Source: Mycoplasmatota bacterium (GTDB lineage: Bacteria; Bacillota_I; Bacilli_A; MAG-NZ). Taken from it: 64,000 bases of DNA. Positions within the stretch are counted from its first letter, which is position 1, and each line of letters opens with the position of its first letter. Below, one piece after another: positions 10,619 through 18,939 of this stretch. The position numbers were made by a program, and so were the translations under genes. The stretch spans positions 248,001 through 312,000 of the forward strand of contig CP074575.1 of the NCBI GenBank assembly GCA_018394315.1, in the 5' to 3' direction. The notes under the pieces are model-generated. The model did no database searches and was not told where the DNA came from. It saw only the letters and a program-made list of their open reading frames with translations.

Positions 10619-12425
10619 TATCCTCCTTTTCATTCTCTTTGTAATACTGACTTTGAATTGCAAACATCTTAGAGTATTTACCTTCCTTCTCCATCAATTC
10701 CTTATGATTCCCTATCTCTTGAATCACTCCGTCTTCTAAATAGATAATTCTATTACAAAACTGAGTTGATGATAATCGATGTGAAATAAAAATAGAAGTT
10801 TTATTCTCAGTTAATGAATCATACTTTAGATATAATTCCTGTTCTGCAAGTGGATCAAGTGCTGCAGTAGGTTCATCTAATACTAGGATTGGAGCATTTT
10901 TATATAAAGCTCTGGATAACATTAGTTTTTGTAATTCTCCTCCAGATAACATAATTCCTTTATCATCAATTACTTGGGTCAAATTGGTATTTTCTTTTTC
11001 TGGTAATGAAGATATTTTTTCTGATAGCCCAGATTGTTCCAATACATTCTTTACCTTTTCAAAATCAGTGGCTTCTTCAGGTTTTCCTGATATGTTTTGA
11101 GCAATTGTAAACGGCATTATATTAATATCTTGGAATATAACACCAAATAAATTGTAGTATTCATACTTATTAAACTTATCGATGGGAATTCCATTGACTA
11201 ATATCTCACCAGCAGTAGGATTATAAAGACCAGTTAGTAGTTTTACTATTGTTGTTTTACCAGCGCCATTCACTCCAACTAAGGCAATTTTTTCTCCTGC
11301 TTCAATTTTAAGATTCAGATTGACAATTGTTGGTTGTTCCGCTTTTGGATAGGTGAATGAGACATTTCTAAATTCAATTGATAGTTTTGTATCTAGTAAT
11401 GGCTCAGTATCCTCTCCAGGTCCCATATTAATACCATCATCCATACAAATATAATCTCGATAACTATTTACTCTAATATTAGCTTCTTTTAAACGTCCAT
11501 AGGTTCCAGATAATTGATTTAGCCACACAGCAAATCCAATTACTATCCCTATCATAAAAGTGAATTCAGCCACATTAATATGGCCATCCAAAACCATCGA
11601 TACTAATATTGTATATGCGATCAAATTTCTAATTATTGTAAATAGTGAATCAGATAAATTAGCTATTGAATAACGAGATTTTTGCTTCATTACCAAAGAA
11701 GAAAATTTTTTTGTAAAAAACTTAATTCCTTTATAGAACCATTCCTCTAGTTTGTAAACTCTAATATCTTTTGCGTTAACTAATTTATTTGCTTCTCCTT
11801 GATAATACATTAATTTAGTTCGGTAAATATTGAGTTCATCTTCCGTTCGTTTCTCATAGTTACGTGCATAGGAATTTAATACTAAATTCATTACAGACAT
11901 ACCAAGTAACACCAATACTATTAAATAGTTGATTGATAAAATATATGAACTAAATAATAGTAATCCAGCAATACTCGTGATAAAAATAGGGAAGTCTGAA
12001 AAGAAACGTTCAACTCCAACTGCATTAGCCTCTATTGCACCCACTGCCTTCATTAGTTTTTTACGGCCATCTTCAAATTCCATATTCTCATAACCAGTTT
12101 CCATTCCTTTACTGCTTAATAACTCAAAGAAATAATTTGTTCTTATCACAGTTTTTTCAAAAAATAATGCGTATGAAAGATATGTACTGATGAAGCTAAT
12201 AAATGCAAAAACCAACACAACAAGTCCAACAAATAATGCGTAACTCTTAAGTTCATAATCATTAATTATTAAGTAAACGACCACTGTAGGAATGAACGTC
12301 GCGAAAATCGGAATCAATAATTTAAGAATAATCGAAGATCCTAATTTGAATTTGTAATTCTTGTTAAAACTATTTGCTTGTGAATACAAGTATTTTGCGT
12401 TCTGTAAAATGTTACTATTTTCCAT
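10602..12425 (-). CDS. ABC exporter (TMD-NBD fusion), heterodimer partner
   Basis: GVNGAGKTT, LSGGE and VLDEPT. Start MENSN behind GGAGGGA. Paralog of 746-2551. Confidence 0.93.
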   Translation of the reverse strand: MENSNILQNAKYLYSQANSFNKNYKFKLGSSIILKLLIPIFATFIPTVVVYLIINDYELKSYALFVGLVVLVFAFISFISTYLSYALFFEKTVIRTNYFFELLSSKGMETGYENMEFEDGRKKLMKAVGAIEANAVGVERFFSDFPIFITSIAGLLLFSSYILSINYLIVLVLLGMSVMNLVLNSYARNYEKRTEDELNIYRTKLMYYQGEANKLVNAKDIRVYKLEEWFYKGIKFFTKKFSSLVMKQKSRYSIANLSDSLFTIIRNLIAYTILVSMVLDGHINVAEFTFMIGIVIGFAVWLNQLSGTYGRLKEANIRVNSYRDYICMDDGINMGPGEDTEPLLDTKLSIEFRNVSFTYPKAEQPTIVNLNLKIEAGEKIALVGVNGAGKTTIVKLLTGLYNPTAGEILVNGIPIDKFNKYEYYNLFGVIFQDINIMPFTIAQNISGKPEEATDFEKVKNVLEQSGLSEKISSLPEKENTNLTQVIDDKGIMLSGGELQKLMLSRALYKNAPILVLDEPTAALDPLAEQELYLKYDSLTENKTSIFISHRLSSTQFCNRIIYLEDGVIQEIGNHKELMEKEGKYSKMFAIQSQYYKENEKEDNEDEI

Positions 12426-12488
12426 TTCTTTCCCTCCTAATATCTTACAATTTAAATATATGACAAAATTTCTAACAATTAAAAAAAA

Positions 12489-12520
12489 GTGCACGAAACG
12501 TTGAATTTTGTGCACTAGTG
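12489..12520 (-). promoter_or_regulatory. Candidate LytTR-binding direct repeat
   Basis: GTGCAC at 12489 and 12510, a 21-bp period typical of LytTR sites, between the LytTR/GHKL pair and the ABC operon. Confidence 0.5.
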
Positions 12521-12525
12521 GTTGT

Positions 12526-13545
12526 TTATAGTGGCAATAGCACCTCTGAAACGAATACTTTAGGTTCATTTTGACGATTAATAAAGCCGCTATACTTATC
12601 AACAACATTATTAATTCTTTTTAAACCATGTCCGTGATTGCCCCTTTTTGTTGTAATATACTCATCGTCTAGTTTCCTTATTATTTCATTAGTAGAATTT
12701 GCTACAGAAATATATAGTTGCTGCTTAAATACCCCGATATATAGTCTTACAAATTTTGGACTTTTGTCTTTAATCTTTTCACAGGCTTCTACAGCGTTAT
12801 CGATTAGATTACCTATTAATACACATAAATCGATATCTGATATAGTGAGTTTCTCTGGGACTTTAGCTTTGTATTTTATTTCAACATTATTTTTAATCGC
12901 TAAGGAAAGTTTAGAGTTAAGAATTGCGTCAAGATTTACATTGCCCGATTCAACTAGTTGGTTAACACTATCCAAATCAATTTCCAGTTCATTGAGATAT
13001 TCATTAGCTTCTTTTATTTGATCCATCATGATATGAGCTTTAAGCTTTTGTAAATGATTGTGATAATCATGTCGCCAACTTCGCATTGTTAGATAAATAT
13101 TTTGGACTTCTTTTACCTGCTTATCAAGAATTTTATTTTGGTATTCTGTAGCAATATCTTCATAAGATTTTTTCATAAGAATCTGATTGTTTTCTGCTAA
13201 TAAAAATATCGTAGAAATCAGAAAACTAATGTATATAGAAGTTTCTTGAAATTCATAACTAAGGAATAAAAGTAACCCCATTGAAAAAATAAAGAGGAAT
13301 AGAAATATAAATGTTATTTTATGATATAAGCGCAATAAACAAAAAACGACTAATGTATCTGCCACAAGTAAAGTCACAAGATTTTCAGATATAGTCAAGT
13401 ACTTTAGCAAAACAAAAAACGCTATCAGAGTAATCGCTATGATAGCCAACCCAATCATAATGGTATTAAGTTTCTTATTTTTATCCAACAGAAACAATCC
13501 ATAAATAATTACAATAAAAATCGGTACTAATATATAATATTCCAT
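12526..13545 (-). CDS. GHKL sensor histidine kinase (AgrC/HATPase_c_5-like)
   Basis: TM N-terminus, H-box RHDYHNH, N-box NLIDNAVEA and G-box HGHGL. Confidence 0.92.
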   Translation of the reverse strand: MEYYILVPIFIVIIYGLFLLDKNKKLNTIMIGLAIIAITLIAFFVLLKYLTISENLVTLLVADTLVVFCLLRLYHKITFIFLFLFIFSMGLLLFLSYEFQETSIYISFLISTIFLLAENNQILMKKSYEDIATEYQNKILDKQVKEVQNIYLTMRSWRHDYHNHLQKLKAHIMMDQIKEANEYLNELEIDLDSVNQLVESGNVNLDAILNSKLSLAIKNNVEIKYKAKVPEKLTISDIDLCVLIGNLIDNAVEACEKIKDKSPKFVRLYIGVFKQQLYISVANSTNEIIRKLDDEYITTKRGNHGHGLKRINNVVDKYSGFINRQNEPKVFVSEVLLPL

Positions 13546-14258
13546 TACACACCTTTTCCTTTATAATAATTTATAAATTTCTCATTAACTTCTTTATATG
13601 AGTTCCTACTTAAAGGAACTTTTATATTATTGATTAGTTGGCATTCATTCTTAGTAATTTTTTCAATATAGTTAAGATTTACAACGTATGAACGATGAGT
13701 TCTAATAAATTCTGACTCAGATAGTTCAAGACATAAATCACTCATCTTATACTTATAGTCATATTCCTTATTTTCTACATGTAATACAATATAATGTCCC
13801 ATTGATTCAAAATAAACAATATCATCATAGTTTATTTTTTTCTTTTCTCCAGACACTGATAGAATTAAATATTTATTTTCTTTGCCTATATGAGTATTAG
13901 CATAATCTAAAAGCTCATATACTTTTTCATCTTTAATAGGTTTTAAAATATATCTAATTGCTTGGACTTCATAACCTACAAATACATAATCAGCCATTCC
14001 TGATATGAAAGCAATTATTACATTTTTATCAGTTTCCCTAATCTTCTTAGCAAGTTGAATTCCATTTATTTTACCCATTTGTATATCTAAAATAATCATA
14101 TCAAAAGGATATGATTCGTTATTTTCAAATAACATTTCTTCAGCACTTTGATAAAAATTTATGTCAGTATTTGTATTATATTTGTTAGCCCATTTTTTAA
14201 TAATCACTTTCAAATAGTCAAGTTGTGTCGAGTCATCATCAACTAAGCATATACGCAT
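13545..14258 (-). CDS. LytTR-family response regulator
   Basis: Receiver motifs VDDD, LDIQM and YILKP. LytTR motif FIRTHRSYVVN. Confidence 0.94.
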   Translation of the reverse strand: MRICLVDDDSTQLDYLKVIIKKWANKYNTNTDINFYQSAEEMLFENNESYPFDMIILDIQMGKINGIQLAKKIRETDKNVIIAFISGMADYVFVGYEVQAIRYILKPIKDEKVYELLDYANTHIGKENKYLILSVSGEKKKINYDDIVYFESMGHYIVLHVENKEYDYKYKMSDLCLELSESEFIRTHRSYVVNLNYIEKITKNECQLINNIKVPLSRNSYKEVNEKFINYYKGKGV

Positions 14259-14459
14259 ATAACTCCTCCATCCTAAAAAAATTTTACCATTTTTAATCAA
14301 CTTATTCTTTTAAAATATCAAATACCCTATCGTTTTCTCATCATGTATCATTATTTTCTAATTTGTAGTACCATACTTAATTATTAACATGCCATATAAA
14401 TACCAAAAAAAGCGCAAGAGGGGGGCTTTGTTATAGTATGATATAATTAGTTGCAATCC

Positions 14460-15149
14460 TTATTTTTTCTCTAAATACTCCTCACAACTAGTTTTTAATG
14501 GTATTAATTCAGTCTTAATAGTTTGCCATAATAGTTCATAATCGACGTTCATGAACAATGCCTCTTTCAAAGCGATACAGCCTTTCAATTTTGAAACATC
14601 TACCCCTATAATACTCTCTAATTCGGACATAGGCATTTGTGATGCCACCTGTCCTAATAATTGTATGTTTCTGGTAACGGCGTCTTGAACTAATACACTA
14701 CTCATAAACTCTTCTTTAGAAATGTTTTTACAGCACTCATTAATGCGATTAATTACCCATACAACACTTCTCATATTGAATGTAATCTTATCAAATTTAG
14801 TTTTTGGATTTTGCTTATTGCTATTCGCTTTGAAGTCTGCAAAATCAGTTATTGAAATACTATTATTATAAAAATGCTCTAATATATTGGAGTTTAACCC
14901 AGAATATGTAAGTATATCTACAGGTAGTTGTAATAATCTTTCTAAATCATATTTTAATCTCCCATAGTTAATCAATGTACTTTTATCTGATAACTTCATT
15001 ATTAAATCAACATCACTATTACAAGTATCTTCGCTCTTAAATATTGAGCCAAATATCCTTGCCTCAATAACATCATACTTATCAAACAATTGCAGCACAT
15101 CATTGTACTTTTGTAGCAATACATCTGAAGATCTTCTCTTTTTTTCCAT
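14460..15149 (-). CDS. Minimal nucleotidyltransferase (MNT) fused to a DUF86/HEPN-like domain
   Basis: N-terminal FGSx10DVD and PVDIL. C-terminal QDAVTRNIQLLGQ...VDYELLW is DUF86-like. Confidence 0.8.
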   Translation of the reverse strand: MEKKRRSSDVLLQKYNDVLQLFDKYDVIEARIFGSIFKSEDTCNSDVDLIMKLSDKSTLINYGRLKYDLERLLQLPVDILTYSGLNSNILEHFYNNSISITDFADFKANSNKQNPKTKFDKITFNMRSVVWVINRINECCKNISKEEFMSSVLVQDAVTRNIQLLGQVASQMPMSELESIIGVDVSKLKGCIALKEALFMNVDYELLWQTIKTELIPLKTSCEEYLEKK

Positions 15150-15251
15150 TAGTTATCTCCAATTATTAATCTAATAAATCTCAACAAAAACCTTAAAAGG
15201 TTTCACATACATATAATAACACAGAATCCAAAATAATAATAACTAAGAAAG

Positions 15252-15460
15252 TGAACTGGCTTTCTTATATTGGAGTGGATTTTGATCAACCCCCCACCAT
15301 ATTTGCTTCTTTAAAATACTCATTTCTATAGTTTACTGGACTCATCTTGTGTCTAGTTACTATTCTTGTGTTATTGTAATAATCTATATATTCGAGTATA
15401 GTACTCATCAATTCTTCTATCTCTATTATAAGATTTGATTTGTTTCGTTCAAAAAAAAAT
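15252..15460 (-). mobile_element. IS3-family right-end remnant (OrfB C-terminus plus IR)
   Basis: IEELMSTILEYIDYYNNTRIVTRHKMSPVNYR is typical of an IS3 OrfB tail. It ends CCAATATAAGAAAGCCAGTTCA. Confidence 0.8.
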
Positions 15461-15541
15461 TTCGTTTTCTTAGATATTTTAATAAGAAAAAGCAATAATA
15501 AGAGATCCAACTCAAATTATTGCCTTTAGTTCAAACTGTAG

Positions 15542-16735
15542 TTACTTCACCTTTTTACCCATAAATAATATATTACCTTCATCGTCACCGATTATAAACA
15601 TAAATGGTCTATTTACGATAAATTTTCTATTATCTGCTTCACATTCTTTCATCTTTACTGATGTAGCTGCTGCCGCCTCTGTACCCTTTTCACTTACATC
15701 CACTACTGCTTTATGATTCACTTCACTTATATAGAGTGACTTGTTGCCTTCAATTAAGTATGGAAAACCTTCTGCTTTACTATCAAAGGCAATGCCCATA
15801 CCAAGATGTTTCAAGGCGCCACTTATTTCTTCGATTCCATATTCCATCCTAAATTTTGGTAGTTCAAGAGTAACTTCATAATGATTATGCATACCGTTTT
15901 TTACATCTAACCATTTTTCTTGATTCATTTTAGAAACAATTGAGTTAATATCTGTGTTTTCTCTAGGCAAAATACAATACATACTAACTTTTCCATCACC
16001 ATAAGGAATTCTTACAGATATTATTTCTTCATTTTCATAGTAACTAAAATATTTAGATTTTCTCATCATGTCAACTTCTACTATAGTATTGTCGATCGTA
16101 TTGAAATCTTTTACTTTTGTCATTTCAGGATCGAACTCATCTTGCCATGATCCATTGAAATATATTGCATTTACTAGATACAATACTGCGCTTGGATCTA
16201 TTTTCTTAATTATTTTATCAATCATCTCGGAGGTTTCATCACTCACCCAATTGTTTATTGTTTCTGATGATTTCGTATCATTAAAGTCAAGTTTAGATAC
16301 TATTGAATCAAAATTAAATCTTACATCCTCTTTAAATTGCTCATTCAATTCGTACTCATCTCTTAACCATAATGAATTAGCAATATTAATTTTGACGTCT
16401 TTATCCAGGTTCATTAGCATGTGATTTATATAAGCAAATCCATTATTTATATCTTCCATACTAATATCAGTAAGTTTTAAAGTATCTTCCATCGCACTCT
16501 TTGTATTTCCTTCTGCTCCATTTAAAGTCATTGCTAGAGCACTTGAAATACTATATGGAGATATAAAAATATTTTCGTTATAATCCTCATTATTTAACTC
16601 TCTAAAGATATCAAAGGCAAACTCAGAATTCCCTTTAGTTACTAAAGGATTTTCTACACCCTTATTTACCCTTTCGCATGCTAACAAGGTAACGCTTAAC
16701 AATAATAGAAAAAGCATACTTACTAATTTATTCAT
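15542..16735 (-). CDS. Serpin (protease inhibitor), predicted lipoprotein
   Basis: Lipobox LLAC, NIFISPYSI, NAIYFNGSW, hinge EKGTEAAAAT, and NRPFMF...ILFMG. Confidence 0.95.
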   Translation of the reverse strand: MNKLVSMLFLLLLSVTLLACERVNKGVENPLVTKGNSEFAFDIFRELNNEDYNENIFISPYSISSALAMTLNGAEGNTKSAMEDTLKLTDISMEDINNGFAYINHMLMNLDKDVKINIANSLWLRDEYELNEQFKEDVRFNFDSIVSKLDFNDTKSSETINNWVSDETSEMIDKIIKKIDPSAVLYLVNAIYFNGSWQDEFDPEMTKVKDFNTIDNTIVEVDMMRKSKYFSYYENEEIISVRIPYGDGKVSMYCILPRENTDINSIVSKMNQEKWLDVKNGMHNHYEVTLELPKFRMEYGIEEISGALKHLGMGIAFDSKAEGFPYLIEGNKSLYISEVNHKAVVDVSEKGTEAAAATSVKMKECEADNRKFIVNRPFMFIIGDDEGNILFMGKKVK

Positions 16736-17090
16736 CTAATCCCTCACTTTTAATTCTTTATATTTTATAGCATACTCTAATATACTATCACTTCCACTAA
16801 GGTAATCTTCAAAGGTATAGCTAATTGAAATGTCTGGGTAAAGGGTTTCGTCATTCTCATCTATAAATTCAAAATAAAGAGACTGCTGAAAGTATTGAGT
16901 GGAGTAAGATGTATTAAGAAGTTTATTGGGTGTAACTAATGTTAGGATATCACCAAAAGAATCAGGCTTCTGTCCTGTTGGCTCACCAATTAATAGACCA
17001 TCCAAACTATTCTTTATGCTAAGTGCATTTAACATTCCTGAAGAATAAGTACCTAAATTGATTAACCCAATAATAGCATTACTGTTTTCC
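16736..17090 (-). pseudogene. C-terminal fragment of an S41 peptidase (paralog of 18940-20244)
   Basis: IGLINLGTYSSGMLN...IGEPTGQKPDSFGDI closely matches the C-terminal quarter of the 18940 protein. The N-terminal part is missing. Confidence 0.85.
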
Positions 17091-17244
17091 ACATAAAATA
17101 CCTTCTCCCATATATCGTATAGATATATTGTACCACAAAAAATATTTAAAGAATGCGAATGATTCGACAAGGGGTTAATGACCAATTAGTAAAAGAGGAG
17201 CAAATACTTTATTTAATTAAGTTTTATACTATAGTGCAACACAT

Positions 17245-17274
17245 AAAAAAACACCAACTTTTCCAGTTGATGTT
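17245..17274 (-). terminator. Terminator downstream of repeat R4
   Basis: AACACCAACT-TTTCC-AGTTGATGTT stem (G-U pair on the minus strand) with an A-run. Confidence 0.65.
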
Positions 17275-17284
17275 AATGATTTTT

Positions 17285-17320
17285 TGGGGGCGACTAAAGG
17301 TGCCTATAAGGCACTCACGA
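17285..17320 (-). repeat. tRNA-His 3'-end repeat R4 (class B)
   Basis: TGGGGGCGACTAAAGG followed by TGCCTATAAGGCACTCACGA. Confidence 0.85.
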
Positions 17321-17342
17321 ATAGTGAATCATTCTAATTTCA

Positions 17343-17434
17343 AGTCCTGAAAATAGCAAACCCAACATTGTGACTTAATAAAATTGATGGTGGGGGTTAG
17401 ATAGTAATCTATGCAATTTTTCAGAGTCACTTCA
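17343..17434 (+). mobile_element. Degenerate IS3-family right end
   Basis: ATGGTGGGGGTTAGAT...TGCAATTTTTCAGAGTCACTTCA parallels the IS3 end at 15252-15300 (ATGGTGGGGGGTTGAT...CAGTTCA). Confidence 0.55.
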
Positions 17435-17442
17435 AGTCATAA

Positions 17443-17473
17443 TGGGACGACTGAAGGTGCCTATAGGGAACTC
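17443..17473 (-). repeat. tRNA-His 3'-end repeat R5 (class B)
   Basis: TGGGACGACTGAAGG is 14/15, followed by TGCCTATAGGGAACTC. Trailer AGTCATAA. Confidence 0.87.
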
Positions 17474-17615
17474 ACCAATGTTACTTATTAAAAAACTTAT
17501 CATCTATTTATGATACGCCTCACCGTATCTATATAATCAGCAAACTTAAAAAAGTACTAATGAGCCTGATTTTCATCTCAGGCTCTTTAGTATAATATAA
17601 GAAGTTTGCGAATCA

Positions 17616-18080
17616 TTATTCTTTTGACTTCATCATCAAACATTCCGTTATACCTTGTCTGTATAAGTTAGGTATATCACCAATTACTGAATATCCTATA
17701 TCTTTGTACAATCTTTTTGCATCCGGATTAAAATCGGATACTACTAAAAATAGTTTTGAATATTTTTTATAATAAACATCCTCAATAAATTTTAAGAGCA
17801 TTTTTCCTATTCCCTGACCACGATTTTCACTTTTGACAGCAATAATATGTACATAAGGATGCATATGGAAGATTCCATTTAATATAACCCATACAAATCC
17901 CTTACAGTTGTTATTATTGTCTATTGCGACATATATATCATTTTCGTTAAATCCTTCTTCTAATGCTTTTCGAGCTTTTCCCTTTTCTGAAAAATATCTT
18001 TTTCCCAGTTCTGAATTTACTAATGCCTCCTCACAATCATCTATATAATTTATACTTCCCTTTTTAACTGTTATTTCCAT
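17616..18080 (-). CDS. GNAT acetyltransferase
   Basis: RGQGIGKMLL and NPDAKRLY motifs. Confidence 0.92.
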   Translation of the reverse strand: MEITVKKGSINYIDDCEEALVNSELGKRYFSEKGKARKALEEGFNENDIYVAIDNNNNCKGFVWVILNGIFHMHPYVHIIAVKSENRGQGIGKMLLKFIEDVYYKKYSKLFLVVSDFNPDAKRLYKDIGYSVIGDIPNLYRQGITECLMMKSKE

Positions 18081-18331
18081 ATAAAATACACCCCTAATCT
18101 TAAGTTAATTACCCAATATTTTACAAATGTTCACAATTAGTTATATTATATACCAAATTCCTACATCATGCACTAGGTCCAAACTTTATTTTATTTGTAA
18201 TTCTTGAGCTATCCATCTACCTCGTCAAATCTAAACCGTTTTAACTCTCTTTTCAAACACATATTATAATTATGTAATAATTGTTACAAACGGAATAATT
18301 AATAGCAGTTCACCCTATAGGAGGAGTTTAA

Positions 18332-18454
18332 ATGAGAATAATTCAATCACTAAACAACATAAGCCAACTAAAGCAACATTCCCCACTAGCTAAGGATATT
18401 AAGTTGTTAAGTTCATTCCTCTTTCATATTTATGGTACGGCTCATTGTTTTTAA
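18332..18454 (+). CDS. Small 40-aa ORF or gene remnant
   Basis: Strong RBS AGGAGGAG, then MRIIQSLNNISQLKQHSPLAKDIKLLSSFLFHIYGTAHCF*, ending before a hairpin. Confidence 0.35.
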   Translation: MRIIQSLNNISQLKQHSPLAKDIKLLSSFLFHIYGTAHCF

Positions 18455-18473
18455 TTCTAAACAACACATATAT

Positions 18474-18505
18474 AAAAAAAACGGTAGATTTATTAATCTA
18501 CCGTT
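18474..18505 (-). terminator. Terminator downstream of repeat R6
   Basis: AACGGTAGATT-TATT-AATCTACCGTT perfect stem with an A-run. Confidence 0.85.
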
Positions 18506-18517
18506 CGTAAGTCATAA

Positions 18518-18546
18518 TGGGGCGACTGAAGGGAATCGAACCCTCG
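18518..18546 (-). repeat. tRNA-His 3'-end repeat R6 (class A, 29 bp identical)
   Basis: Identical to 21950-21978. Trailer TCGTAAGTCATAA versus the tRNA's TCGTAAGTCTCAA. Confidence 0.95.
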
Positions 18547-18811
18547 TAAGTCAAACTTACACTTATTTCAATATATATTTTTCAAAGAACAATCATAAAC
18601 TATCTGATGAATTATTATGTCATTATATGACATAATTGCTTAATACCATCAATTCATCTACTTCTATTATAAGATTTACACGGAATGATTCGTTCTGTTC
18701 AAAAAAAAATTACCTTTTTCAAACTATCCTCTATCTTGTGGAACTGGACTATACTTAAAAAAAGCAATAACTGAAGATATACCTTCTAACATTGCCTCTA
18801 ATCAAGAATTC
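18547..18811. repeat. Class-A flank, copy 2
   Basis: Direct repeat of 5476-5740. Contains the palindrome ATTATGTCAT-TAT-ATGACATAAT (18614-18636). Confidence 0.88.
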
Positions 18812-18939
18812 TTATTTAATTCACAAATTCTATATAGTATTCAGTTCTTACCCTCAAAGAGAATAATCCAATTATTATGTATAATGCAACAGATTTACTC
18901 AGAGGAGTTTTAAAACACGGAAATTGCCCAGTGCAGTAT

